DNA of 52,540 nucleotides from contig JBBQSF010000002.1 in the NCBI GenBank assembly GCA_038214085.1, positions 1 to 52,540 on the forward strand, in the 5' to 3' direction. The notes under the pieces are model-generated. The model did no database searches. It had not been told where the DNA came from and saw only the letters and a list, made by a program, of their open reading frames with translations. The position numbers and the translations under genes are program-made. The DNA is from Bacteroidales bacterium (GTDB taxonomy: Bacteria; Bacteroidota; Bacteroidia; Bacteroidales; CG2-30-32-10). Position 1 is the first letter of the stretch. Each line of letters starts with the position of its first letter. Of this stretch, positions 9,743-19,613 are shown piece after piece.

Positions 9743-11098
9743 TTACTTCAACATTTTAAGCATATTCACTTCCATTTGGGTTAAAAAGCGCCAGCGTCCT
9801 CTCGGAATATCTTTTTTTGTAAGGCCGGCAAAATAAACTCTGTCCAAACGGCGAACATCATAACCAAGGCTTTCAAAAATACGGCGAACAATTCTGTTTT
9901 TTCCTGAATGAATTTCTATACCAAGGCTTTTTTTATCGGCACCATTGCCTTCGTAGGCAATCGCGTCCACTTTTGCTGGGCCATCTTCAAGTTCAAGACC
10001 GGCTGCAATTTTTTCCATATCCGTTTTGCTCATGGCTTTATCCAGTTCAACATGGTAGATTTTTTTAACTCCAAATCGCGGATGAACCAGCTTTTTGGCT
10101 ATGTCGCCATCGTTTGTAAAAAGCAATAATCCGGTGGTTGCTCTATCGAGGCGACCTACAGGATATACACGTTCGCGGCAAGCATCGGCTATTAGAGTCA
10201 TTACCGTTTTTCTTCCTTCAGGATCGTCTAAAGTTGTTATATAATCTTTTGGTTTATTAAGCAGTATATAAACAGGTTTTTCTTTGCGAAGGGTTTGTCC
10301 TCCGTAATTTACCACATCATTAACGGTAACTTTTGTGCCGAGCTCGGTAACAATTTTTCCATTTATTGATACAGCGCCGCTTTCAATCAGTTTGTCGGCT
10401 TCCCTGCGTGAGCAAATACCCGCATTTGCAATGTACCTGTTAAGGCGCGTAAAACCATCGTCGGTATTTCTCTTTTTAAATTCTGGTTTGTACGAACTTT
10501 TGCCCTTAGCTGTACGGAAAGAACTTTTTTCTCTTCTTTCGCCGGAATCCGTTTTGCTTCCTTTATAGGTTTTTCTTTCTGTTTTTTCAGAATTGTCGGC
10601 ATTTTCAGGATAGCGTCCCTTTGCATTTCTGGTGGGTCGTTTACTATCCGATGAAGAAAATCTGGATTCTTTTTTTCCAAATTTATTTTTGCATTCTCCT
10701 GAATCTTTTGAAATATCATTATCGTTATCGGCAGGTCTACTTTTTTTGAAATCAACTTTTTCAGTATTCTCAGCCCTTTCCGAAAATCTTGTGTTTACTT
10801 TTCTGACAGGTTTTCTGGTTTCCGATGTACGGAAAGGTCCTTTTTTCCGCTTATCTTTTGCGGCTGCTCTATTTTCTTTAAAAGTACTTCTTTCGCTTTT
10901 TTCAGTATTATCAGTGCTTTCCGAAAATCTTTCTTTTACAATCCGGCTTGGTTTTTTTGTTTCAGGTGACGAATCCGTGCCATCCTTTTTAACAAAACTT
11001 CTTTTGGGTTTTCCTATATCTTTTTTTGAGAATTTACGGTCGTTTGAAGAATTTTTTACTTTACTTCCTTTACCCACATTTCTTTTTTTTTCGCGCAT
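9743..11098 (-). CDS. rluB: rRNA pseudouridine synthase (RluB/RsuA family) with long basic N-terminal extension
   Basis: An S4 domain (LNRYIANAGICSRREADKLIESGAVSING) precedes a pseudouridine synthase core (GRLDRATTGLLLFTNDG). The first ~205 aa are a K/R/S/E-rich low-complexity region. Confidence 0.85.
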   Translation of the reverse strand: MREKKRNVGKGSKVKNSSNDRKFSKKDIGKPKRSFVKKDGTDSSPETKKPSRIVKERFSESTDNTEKSERSTFKENRAAAKDKRKKGPFRTSETRKPVRKVNTRFSERAENTEKVDFKKSRPADNDNDISKDSGECKNKFGKKESRFSSSDSKRPTRNAKGRYPENADNSEKTERKTYKGSKTDSGERREKSSFRTAKGKSSYKPEFKKRNTDDGFTRLNRYIANAGICSRREADKLIESGAVSINGKIVTELGTKVTVNDVVNYGGQTLRKEKPVYILLNKPKDYITTLDDPEGRKTVMTLIADACRERVYPVGRLDRATTGLLLFTNDGDIAKKLVHPRFGVKKIYHVELDKAMSKTDMEKIAAGLELEDGPAKVDAIAYEGNGADKKSLGIEIHSGKNRIVRRIFESLGYDVRRLDRVYFAGLTKKDIPRGRWRFLTQMEVNMLKMLK

Positions 11099-11113
11099 AA
11101 AAAATTTCTTATT

Positions 11114-12505
11114 TTACTTTTTCTTAATAATACCTTTTTCTTCTTTCCACAAGCGGTTAAATGATTTGGGCTGAATTACGGGCAGATCTCGGCGATCGCC
11201 CCAAGCTTTTGAAAAAAACTTTTTTAGAAAATAATTTTTCATTTTGGCACTGCCCATTTCCATAAGTTTGCGCTTCATTAGAGCTTTTTTGGCCACATAC
11301 ATCGAAAATTTTTCCGAACGTTTTACATTGCCGGTTTTCACAGCTTCGTTACGATTGTGCAACAATAGTTTGTGAAGATTTATTTTAACCGGACAAACTT
11401 CTGAACATTTTCCGCAAAGCGTGGAAGCATAACTCAAGTGTTTAAATTCGGCCATTCCGCGCATTAGCGGTGTTAAAACTGCACCTATAGGGCCACTGTA
11501 TGTTGTGCCGTAACTGTGTCCGCCAATATTTTTATAAATGGGACAACCGTTGAGGCAGGCTCCGCATTTAATACAGGAAAGGGCTTTGCGTTGGTTTTCG
11601 TATTTTAAAACATTGGTTCTGCCATTGTCGAGCAAAACAAGTATCATTTCCTCCGGTCCATCAGTTTCGCCTTCCTGGCGCGGACCAGTAAGTATGGTAT
11701 TGTAAACAGTAACTTTTTGCCCTGTTCCGTGAGTGGATAATAATGGCCAAAATAAATGCAAATCTTTTACTGATGCAATTATTTTTTCGATACCAGCAAT
11801 AGCAATATGTAATTTAGGGAAAGAAACACTCATCAATGCATTGCCTTCGTTTTCGGTAAGCGCAATTGCTCCAATATCAGCAATAAGAAAATTGGCACCT
11901 GTAATTCCCACATCAGCTGATGTAAATTTATCGCGAAGTAAGCGGCGAACAAATGCGGTAACCTGTTCAGGCGTGGCATCCAGAGGCATCCCGAATTTCT
12001 GGTTGAACAATGCAGTAACATCTTCCTTTGATTTATGCATTGCCGGTGTAATAATATGGTACGGCTTTTCACCAGCAAGCTGTACAATATATTCACCCAG
12101 ATCTGTTTCGAGCGATTCAATATCATTTTCTTTCAAATGATCATTTAAATCAATCTCTTCAGTAATCATTGATTTTGATTTTACTACATATCTGGCATCG
12201 TTTTTTTTCAGAACTTTTACAATTTCTTTAACCGCTTCGTCCTGATCCTGAGCCCAGATAATTTTTCCTCCACGAGCAGTAAATGCAGCTTCAAATTCGG
12301 CTAAGTATTTATCAAGGTCATTGATAACTCTGTGTTTTAAGTAAGAAGCCCTATCGCGTGCAAGGTCGAGATTTTTATACTGCAGTTTTCCTTTTTCAAC
12401 GGCAGCATAATATTTTGACATGTTGAAGCGGATTATCGACCGGTGCCTCTTATCAAAAGCTTTTAATTCGCTGTCCTTAAAAAATTTTAATGCTTGTTCC
12501 GACAT
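11114..12505 (-). CDS. lutB: LutB/LldF-type iron-sulfur protein (LUD domain + 2x[4Fe-4S])
   Basis: It is 463 aa with a LUD/DUF162-type N-terminal part and ferredoxin motifs CIKCGACLNGCP and CGKCSEVCP. No lutA or lutC lies next to it. Confidence 0.75.
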   Translation of the reverse strand: MSEQALKFFKDSELKAFDKRHRSIIRFNMSKYYAAVEKGKLQYKNLDLARDRASYLKHRVINDLDKYLAEFEAAFTARGGKIIWAQDQDEAVKEIVKVLKKNDARYVVKSKSMITEEIDLNDHLKENDIESLETDLGEYIVQLAGEKPYHIITPAMHKSKEDVTALFNQKFGMPLDATPEQVTAFVRRLLRDKFTSADVGITGANFLIADIGAIALTENEGNALMSVSFPKLHIAIAGIEKIIASVKDLHLFWPLLSTHGTGQKVTVYNTILTGPRQEGETDGPEEMILVLLDNGRTNVLKYENQRKALSCIKCGACLNGCPIYKNIGGHSYGTTYSGPIGAVLTPLMRGMAEFKHLSYASTLCGKCSEVCPVKINLHKLLLHNRNEAVKTGNVKRSEKFSMYVAKKALMKRKLMEMGSAKMKNYFLKKFFSKAWGDRRDLPVIQPKSFNRLWKEEKGIIKKK

Positions 12506-12516
12506 GCTATATTCGT

Positions 12517-12963
12517 TTACTTTATATTTATTTTTTCAATTCTTGTTTGATGCCTGCCCCCTTCAAATGCGGTGTTTAAAAATGCGTCAAGAATTTGCGA
12601 GGCTTCTTCTTCATTTACAAACCTTCCGGGAACACATAAAATATTGGCATCGTTATGAAGCCTTGCAAGTTTTGCAATTTCCTGGTTCCAGCAAAGAGCT
12701 GCCCTGATATCAGCGTGCTTATTGGCAGTCATACATATTCCATTTCCGCTTCCACATACTAATACTCCACTGGCACAAGCACCAGAAGTAATATCATTTG
12801 CAACCAAATGTGCAAAATCAGGATAATCGACACTTTCTAAACTATAAGCTCCTTTATCAATTACCTGATAGCCTAAAGCCAATAGTTTGTTTTTAATAAA
12901 TTCCTTGATGCTAAAACCCGCGTGATCGCTTCCTATAGCTATTTTTTTTTCAGTATTATTCAT
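12517..12963 (-). CDS. rpiB: Ribose-5-phosphate isomerase B
   Basis: It is 148 aa, with KIAIGSDHAGF and CGSGNGICMTANK motifs typical of RpiB/LacAB. Confidence 0.9.
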   Translation of the reverse strand: MNNTEKKIAIGSDHAGFSIKEFIKNKLLALGYQVIDKGAYSLESVDYPDFAHLVANDITSGACASGVLVCGSGNGICMTANKHADIRAALCWNQEIAKLARLHNDANILCVPGRFVNEEEASQILDAFLNTAFEGGRHQTRIEKINIK

Positions 12964-13388
12964 TGTTAATAACTATTTTTTTACAAAAATAATCTTAATT
13001 ATAACATTATTCCAATATATCTAATAATAAACAGATTAATATTAATAAGGTTTTTATTAAAATGGACTTATTTATATAAAATGGACTTATACTCAGATGT
13101 TTTTAATTGTTTTAACATTTAACTGTTAATATCCCTGTATAATTGTTAACAAGAAAACAATAGAATTATGGTTTAACTAAGCTAAAAAAATCCTGTTATC
13201 AATTTTATTTATACTTTTTATAAATCTTATTACTTTTTTTGCAAATAACTGAACAAAATACTAACAGTTTTTATAGGTAAATATTTACATAATTTATTAA
13301 TAATTACTTTTACTGACCATTTGTTAATAAAAACATAATTTATTTCATTTCAAGTGTTTTTATATAATTTAATTGTTAAAAAGATGTT

Positions 13389-13396
13389 TATATTTG
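13389..13396 (+). promoter_or_regulatory. Candidate -7 promoter box (TATATTTG) for nadA
   Basis: It matches TAnnTTTG and lies 114 nt upstream of the nadA ATG, inside the 546-bp AT-rich gap. Confidence 0.3.
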
Positions 13397-13509
13397 TTAA
13401 TAAATCACATTACCTATAATAACTAACTATTTTTTTTAACGCTATTAACCGCCTTATATTCATAATATAATAAATTTAAATTTTTAATAATATAATACCC
13501 TTTTTTAAA

Positions 13510-14445
13510 ATGCCTAGTAACGAATTTTATATAGAACAAATAAATAAACTACGAAAAGAAAAAAATGCAGTAATACTTGCGCATTATTATCAAATTCCGG
13601 AAATTCAGGATATTGCCGATTTTATTGGCGACAGCCTTGCATTATCTCAGGAAGCAGCACGAACAAATGCCGATATTATTGTATTTGCCGGAGTTCATTT
13701 TATGGCCGAAACAGCAAAGATAATTAATCCTGATAAAAAAGTTTTACTTCCTGATATGAAAGCAGGTTGCTCGCTTGCTGATTCATGCCCTGCTCCGAAA
13801 TTTGAAAAATTTATTAAAGAAAACCCAGGACACAAAGTGATTTCTTATATCAATTGTTCTGCCGAAGTTAAAGCCTTATCTGATATTATTTGTACGTCGG
13901 GAAATGCAGTAAAAATTGTAAATTCATTTGCTGAAAATGAAAAAATAATATTTGCGCCGGATAAAAATTTAGGAAGTTATATAAATAATTTAACAGGAAG
14001 GTCAATGCTGCTGTGGAATGGAACCTGCGAAGTTCATGATGTTTTATCCATTGAAAGAATTTTGCAATTAAAGGCTGAACATCCCGATGCAAAACTTATT
14101 GCACATCCCGAATGCAAACAAGTAATTTTAGAAGTTGCTGATTTTATTGGATCTACAACAGCATTATTAAATTTTTCAATTAAAGATTATGCAAAAAAAT
14201 ATATTGTAGCTACAGAAACCGGCATTATTCATCAAATGCAAAAATATTCTCCTGATAAAATATTTATTATTGCCAGTAATGATAGGACATGCGCGTGCAA
14301 CGACTGCCCGTATATGAAATACAATACACTTGAGAAAATTTTTACTAATTTAGTAGTTGAAAACAACGAAATTATTTTAAGTGATGAATTGATAGCAAAG
14401 GCACGATTGCCGATAATGAGAATGCTAGAACTATCAAAAAGCTAA
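13510..14445 (+). CDS. nadA: Quinolinate synthase
   Basis: The 311-aa protein is recognisable as NadA over its full length (ILAHYYQ..EIQDIADFIGDSL, VHFMAET, CPYMK). Confidence 0.93.
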   Translation: MPSNEFYIEQINKLRKEKNAVILAHYYQIPEIQDIADFIGDSLALSQEAARTNADIIVFAGVHFMAETAKIINPDKKVLLPDMKAGCSLADSCPAPKFEKFIKENPGHKVISYINCSAEVKALSDIICTSGNAVKIVNSFAENEKIIFAPDKNLGSYINNLTGRSMLLWNGTCEVHDVLSIERILQLKAEHPDAKLIAHPECKQVILEVADFIGSTTALLNFSIKDYAKKYIVATETGIIHQMQKYSPDKIFIIASNDRTCACNDCPYMKYNTLEKIFTNLVVENNEIILSDELIAKARLPIMRMLELSKS

Positions 14446-14450
14446 TTGAA

Positions 14451-15971
14451 ATGAAAAAGATTTTATTTTTTCTGCTGGGAAATATTTTTTGGATATGCAG
14501 TATGGCCCAAGATACTCTACCAAAGGGTTATACCTTTTTTTATTACGACAATGGAAAAAAATCTAGTGAAGGAGTATTGGTTAATGGAAAGCCCGATGGA
14601 TATTGGAAAACTTATAGTGAATTAGGAATTATAAAATCAGAAGGAAACAGAAAAAACCTAAAACTCGACAGTCTCTGGAAGTTTTACAATGATTCAGGCA
14701 AAGTTATTCTTGAAATAAATTACAGTGAAGGAAAAAAAAATGGAATAAAAACTACATATCAGGAAAATGAAAAAATTACAGAAACTTACGTAGATGATAT
14801 TAAGCAAGGACCTACTACGTATTATTATCCGGAGGGAAATATTCGACTTGTTATAAATTTTTTAAAAGGAAAAGAACAAGGCTTTGCCAAAGAATATGCT
14901 AAAGATGGTACTGTTATAACGCTTATTGAATATAAAAGTGGATATGTATTACACAGAGAAAAAATTAACCGTAAGGATATAAACGGTTTAAAGCAGGGAA
15001 GTTGGAAGGAATATTATTTAAGCGGAATATTAAAATCGGAAGGAATTTATTTAAATGATGTTAAAAACGGATATTTTAAGGATTATGATGTTAGCGGTAA
15101 CCTGATTTCTGTTTCAAAATACATTAATGGCGAACTGCAGCTAAATGCAAAGGAAGTTGCAAAAGTGGATATAAAAACAGATTATTATCCAACGGGAAAA
15201 GTGAAAGCAGTGGGAAGTTATAAAAATAATATTCCTGATGGTGTAATGCGCGAATATTCTCCCGAAGGTATTATTACTGCATCCAAAATTTTTAAGGATG
15301 GAACAGTGGTTGGCGAAGGAATTGTTGATGCTTTAGGTGTGAAACAAGGCTCATGGAAAGAATTTTATGATTCGGGCGAAATCAGGAGCGAAGGAATTTA
15401 TGTTAATGGCTTAAAAATTGGCAACTGGAAATATTATTACAAGAATGGAAAAACAGAACAGATTGGTAAATATTTAAAAAACGAAAAACCTGAAGGTGAA
15501 TGGAAATGGTATTTTGATAACGGAAATATACTCCGCGAAGAAACCTTTGATAATGGGATAGAAATCGGCAACATGACAGAATACAATGATACAGGTTCTG
15601 TGGTTGCAAAGGGCGAATATGTCGATGGGCTTGAAGAAGGTCCCTGGTTTTATCATTATGGAGATTATACCGAAGAAGGAATTTACAAAGAAGGAAAACG
15701 TAATGGTATCTGGAAAGCATATTATGATAACGGCATCCTGCTATCTTCTGGAAATTATTTTGACGATAACCCTGATGGAAAACATATTACCTATTGGGAC
15801 AACGGCAACAAAAAAGAAGAAGGAATTTATATCATGGGGCAACGCGAAGGCGATTGGTATAAGTACAATTACGATGGAACTGTTTTTTTAATAACTACAT
15901 ACAAAAACAATGTGGAAATAAAATATAACGGTATAAAAATTAAACCCCCATTACCTGAAGTTACTGACTAG
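14451..15971 (+). CDS. MORN-repeat-variant (YwqK-like) repeat protein with signal peptide
   Basis: It is 506 aa with an N-terminal signal (MKKILFFLLGNIFWICSMAQ). About 20 tandem units of the G-x-W-x-x-Y-x-x-x-G type follow (e.g. GYWKTYSELG, GSWKEYYLSG, GNWKYYYKNG). Confidence 0.75.
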   Translation: MKKILFFLLGNIFWICSMAQDTLPKGYTFFYYDNGKKSSEGVLVNGKPDGYWKTYSELGIIKSEGNRKNLKLDSLWKFYNDSGKVILEINYSEGKKNGIKTTYQENEKITETYVDDIKQGPTTYYYPEGNIRLVINFLKGKEQGFAKEYAKDGTVITLIEYKSGYVLHREKINRKDINGLKQGSWKEYYLSGILKSEGIYLNDVKNGYFKDYDVSGNLISVSKYINGELQLNAKEVAKVDIKTDYYPTGKVKAVGSYKNNIPDGVMREYSPEGIITASKIFKDGTVVGEGIVDALGVKQGSWKEFYDSGEIRSEGIYVNGLKIGNWKYYYKNGKTEQIGKYLKNEKPEGEWKWYFDNGNILREETFDNGIEIGNMTEYNDTGSVVAKGEYVDGLEEGPWFYHYGDYTEEGIYKEGKRNGIWKAYYDNGILLSSGNYFDDNPDGKHITYWDNGNKKEEGIYIMGQREGDWYKYNYDGTVFLITTYKNNVEIKYNGIKIKPPLPEVTD

Positions 15972-15972
15972 T

Positions 15973-18654
15973 GTGAAAAATTATAGGAAAAATATAAATA
16001 AGTTTTTTACAGAAAAGGTTGTAAATATTTTCAGAAGCTACCTTTTTTTCATGCTGCTGCTTGCTGCATTATTTTCCTATCGTTTATTAGATTCAGAACT
16101 CTATTTACTGTTAAAAATCAACATTGGTTTTGGCATAATGTTTTTCATGCTTTTTGTTTTTTCCCTATTTAGATTTTTAATTGTTATATATCGCCGAAGA
16201 TTGGCGGCAATTATAACTTTCACTTTGTTTATTTATATTACTTTTCTTATTTTCTTTAACATTAACTATGCGTTTGTTATTATTTTGATTGTTTTTTTAA
16301 TAACTTATTATTACGAAAAATTCAATCAGATATTATTTTTTGTTTTACTTTCAGCAGTACTTATTTCGGTTATTTTTATCTACAGCAATATAAGTATAGC
16401 AAACAAAATCAACCTTTTGATATTTGTTATTGCATATAATTTAACAGCGTTTTTATATTTCAAAAAGAATTTAAAAATAAGAAATGAACTTTCATTTAAC
16501 GATACCCTTCTTAACTCACTTTACGAGGAAATTAACGAAGGTTTAATGATCGTAAATATCCGCAGAAGAGTTGTAATTCAGTGTAATTCGCGTTTTGCCG
16601 AAATTTTTGAAGCTCCTGACAAAGACAAACTTATAGGTAAAAATGGCTTTTTATTTGTTGCAGAAGTAATTAATGAATATTTAGAAACAGAAACTTTTCT
16701 CGAAAATACCTGGATTAAATCATTTTTACTCACATCCTATTCGGGGAAGAAATTTTGGGGAGAAATTACAATTACCCCTATTTCGGGAGAGAATGCAAAT
16801 AATGCTATTCTTAAAGTTTCAGATATTACTGAAAAGAGGCAACAGGAAGAAATAATTCAGAAGCTGTCAATTGCCCTTAAGCAAAATCCGGGTATCATTT
16901 TAATTTTCAATAAAGACGGAATTATAGAATACGTAAATCAAAAATATACCGAAATCACTGGGTATTCCTATAAAGAAATTGTAGGAAAAAAGATTTTTAA
17001 CCTTGGATTTCAAACCAATGAACCGTTTAAAAATATTCTTAAAAAGTTAAAAACACTTAACAAATGGAACGGAGAAATTCAGACTTTCAGTAAAAGCGGA
17101 ATATCAATTATTTCTCGTTTATCCATTTCCACAGCTATTGAATCGCAAGGACATGCCGAACGTTATATTGCCGTTGCTGTAGATATTACTCAGCAAAAAA
17201 ATGCTGAACTTGCTGCCAGTATTGCACAACAAAAAAATAAAGCTATTCTGGAGGCTATTCCCGACATGATGTTTACACTTGATAAAAACGGAATTTTTAC
17301 TGATTTTAAAATAGACAACAGTATTAAATTTCTTATTCCTGTTGATAAAATTATAGGTTCCAACTTAAGTGAAATTGGCCTCCTGCCCGAAGCACTCGAC
17401 CTTGCAATAATTTCTCTGAATAAAATTATCAATAAAGAGTCGCAAATTGAAATTTTTGAATATAATGTCGACATTAAAGAAGTTAGAGGTTATTATGAAA
17501 CCCGAATGATTGCACTTGGAAGAGATGAAGTTCTATGCATTATCCGCAACATCACTGCAAGAAAAATTGCAGAGCAAAAGTTCAAGGAAAATGAACTGAA
17601 TTATAAAAATCTTGTAGAGTTCTCGCCAAACGGAATCCTATTGCATCAGGATGAAGAAATTATATATGCAAATATTACTGCACTGAAAACACTCGGATTA
17701 AAATCACTTTCAGACATTGGTACACTTACTATTTCAGATATGGTAATGCCAGAAGAACTTGATTTTGTTAGACACAGATTTAAACAAGTGTTCGAAGGTA
17801 TTGATGTGCCTTTTGTTGAAATGCATATTAAAAGACCTTCAGACCAACAGTTGATTGAAATTGAAAGCAAACCCACCATTATCGAATACAATAACCAGAA
17901 AGTGATTCAGGTAGTTTTTAGAGATATTTCTGTAGAAAAAAAGTTACTTCAGGAAAAACAAAGAGTCCAGCAGGCCGAAGAGGTTAACCTTGAACTTAAA
18001 ACAGAAATGCTTGAGCGTAAAGAAGCAGAAATTCGACTAAAAAAATCGCTCCTCGAAAAAGAAGTTTTACTCAAAGAAGTTCATCACCGTGTAAAAAATA
18101 ACATGCAAATCATTTCCAGTATTTTAAATCTGCAATCGAGCAATATCAACGACCCCGGTATAAAACGGCTTTTTGAAGAAAGTCAAGACAGAATTAAATC
18201 AATGGCGCTGGTTCACGAAAATCTTTACCGCACTAAGGACTTTGCTAATATTGATTTCGACAGTTACATTACCAGTCTGATTGAAAATATGTATCGCTCT
18301 TACGACGTTGACAGCCGGAGAATAACCTATGATCTGGATCTAGACAAGGTTCAATTGAATATTGATCTTGCAATTCCCTGTGGATTAATCATTAACGAAT
18401 TAATTTCAAATTCGATCAAACATGCATTTGGTAGCTCGAATAAAGGTACTATCTTTGTCTCATTAAAAAGAATTGGCGAACAAATAATCCTCTCAGTTGG
18501 TGACAATGGAAAAGGAATAGACAAAAATGTTAATATTTACGAAACACAATCGCTTGGGTTTCAATTAGTAACAGCTTTAGTCCAACAAATTGAAGGAAAT
18601 ATTTTAGTCGAAACACTTGCGGGAACAAAATTTATAATTACTTTTACACTTTAG
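15973..18654 (+). CDS. Membrane-anchored multi-PAS sensor histidine kinase (HisKA_2-type H-box)
   Basis: It starts at a GTG 1 nt after the upstream stop. An N-terminal block of ~6 TM segments is followed by several PAS-like modules and a coiled coil. The H-box HHRVKNNMQIISSILNLQS and an HATPase_c domain (NELISNSIKHAF, DNGKGI) complete it. Confidence 0.85.
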   Translation: MKNYRKNINKFFTEKVVNIFRSYLFFMLLLAALFSYRLLDSELYLLLKINIGFGIMFFMLFVFSLFRFLIVIYRRRLAAIITFTLFIYITFLIFFNINYAFVIILIVFLITYYYEKFNQILFFVLLSAVLISVIFIYSNISIANKINLLIFVIAYNLTAFLYFKKNLKIRNELSFNDTLLNSLYEEINEGLMIVNIRRRVVIQCNSRFAEIFEAPDKDKLIGKNGFLFVAEVINEYLETETFLENTWIKSFLLTSYSGKKFWGEITITPISGENANNAILKVSDITEKRQQEEIIQKLSIALKQNPGIILIFNKDGIIEYVNQKYTEITGYSYKEIVGKKIFNLGFQTNEPFKNILKKLKTLNKWNGEIQTFSKSGISIISRLSISTAIESQGHAERYIAVAVDITQQKNAELAASIAQQKNKAILEAIPDMMFTLDKNGIFTDFKIDNSIKFLIPVDKIIGSNLSEIGLLPEALDLAIISLNKIINKESQIEIFEYNVDIKEVRGYYETRMIALGRDEVLCIIRNITARKIAEQKFKENELNYKNLVEFSPNGILLHQDEEIIYANITALKTLGLKSLSDIGTLTISDMVMPEELDFVRHRFKQVFEGIDVPFVEMHIKRPSDQQLIEIESKPTIIEYNNQKVIQVVFRDISVEKKLLQEKQRVQQAEEVNLELKTEMLERKEAEIRLKKSLLEKEVLLKEVHHRVKNNMQIISSILNLQSSNINDPGIKRLFEESQDRIKSMALVHENLYRTKDFANIDFDSYITSLIENMYRSYDVDSRRITYDLDLDKVQLNIDLAIPCGLIINELISNSIKHAFGSSNKGTIFVSLKRIGEQIILSVGDNGKGIDKNVNIYETQSLGFQLVTALVQQIEGNILVETLAGTKFIITFTL

Positions 18655-18674
18655 TCTTACAAATACAATAAATC

Positions 18675-19427
18675 ATGGCAAAAATTAAAATCTTAGTCGT
18701 AGAAGACGAAAGCATCGTTGCAAAAGATATTCAAAATAGCCTTAAAAAATTAGGATATGCAGTACCTACAGTGGTTGCTTCTGGCGAAAAAGCTCTGGAA
18801 GAAATAGAACAATCACGTCCGGAATTGATCCTTATGGATATTATGCTTAAAGGTGAAATGAATGGAATTGAAACAGCAAATGCAATCCGCGAACGGTTTG
18901 ATATACCTGTTATTTTTCTTACAGCTTATGCCGATGACAACACGCTGAGCAAAGCAAAAATAGCTGAACCTTACGGATATATTATCAAACCATTCAAAGA
19001 AAAAGAACTCCAGACAACCATTGAAATGGCTGTTTACAAACACGAAAAAGATTCTCAGCTTAAACGCGAAAGAGATCTTTATCACTCAATTGTTGAAAAC
19101 AAAGAATCAAAGGATAGCATTTTTGTTAGAGCTGATTATCGCTTAAACAAAATTAAATTCGATGATATTTATTTTGTCGAAGCACTAAAGGATTATGTTG
19201 TTATTAATACATCCGACAACATTTATACTACGCATACCACAATGAAAGAAATGATCCGTATTCTTCCTGCAAAGGATTTTGTAAGGGTTCATCGTTCATT
19301 CATCGTACGTCTGGATAAAATATTCTCTATAAAATACCCGGATCTCGTTATCGAAGGTAAAATGAAAGTTATTCCAATTGGCGGTTTGTATCGTAAAGAA
19401 CTTTTCGGAAGATTAAACCTAATTTAG
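18675..19427 (+). CDS. LytTR-family response regulator
   Basis: It has a receiver domain (ILVVEDE..., phospho-acceptor context LILMDIML) and a C-terminal LytTR DNA-binding domain (VRVHRSFIVRLDKI). Confidence 0.92.
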   Translation: MAKIKILVVEDESIVAKDIQNSLKKLGYAVPTVVASGEKALEEIEQSRPELILMDIMLKGEMNGIETANAIRERFDIPVIFLTAYADDNTLSKAKIAEPYGYIIKPFKEKELQTTIEMAVYKHEKDSQLKRERDLYHSIVENKESKDSIFVRADYRLNKIKFDDIYFVEALKDYVVINTSDNIYTTHTTMKEMIRILPAKDFVRVHRSFIVRLDKIFSIKYPDLVIEGKMKVIPIGGLYRKELFGRLNLI

Positions 19428-19449
19428 ACGAATAAAATTGAATAAAGAA

Positions 19450-19478
19450 AACGGGAGTTTATAGCTCCCGTTTTTTTT
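19450..19478 (+). terminator. Rho-independent terminator after the response regulator
   Basis: The hairpin is aaaacgggag-tttata-gctcccg, followed by eight T residues. Confidence 0.7.
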
Positions 19479-19565
19479 GTTACGCAAAGTTTCACCACTT
19501 TTTTAAAGGGAAAAGAGCATCGCAACGAAATAGTTTTATCTTGAAAAAAATAATTGATCAAAAAG

Positions 19566-19580
19566 TTACCATTATGGTAA
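19566..19580. promoter_or_regulatory. Perfect 7-1-7 palindrome TTACCAT-T-ATGGTAA, candidate HigA operator
   Basis: It sits 8 nt upstream of the TATCTTTG -7 box of the higBA promoter. Type II antitoxins typically autoregulate through such palindromes. Confidence 0.45.
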
Positions 19581-19588
19581 TTCTTTTA

Positions 19589-19596
19589 TATCTTTG
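19589..19596 (+). promoter_or_regulatory. Bacteroidota -7 promoter box (TATCTTTG) for higBA
   Basis: It matches TAnnTTTG and lies 17 nt upstream of the higB ATG. Confidence 0.45.
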
Positions 19597-19613
19597 CAGA
19601 AGATAATTTTTAT

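Noticed and set aside
10632-11174. A 180-aa plus-strand ORF rich in Ser, Leu and Phe that spans the rluB / lutB junction.
   Set aside because: It is antisense to the low-complexity K/R/E-rich N-terminal extension of the pseudouridine synthase. It has no independent motifs.
13440-13509. A possible NAD+ (nadA-motif) riboswitch immediately upstream of nadA.
   Set aside because: The leader is nearly pure A/T and has no evident G/C-paired stems. I cannot see the conserved paired domains by eye. A covariance-model scan is needed, so no feature is reported.
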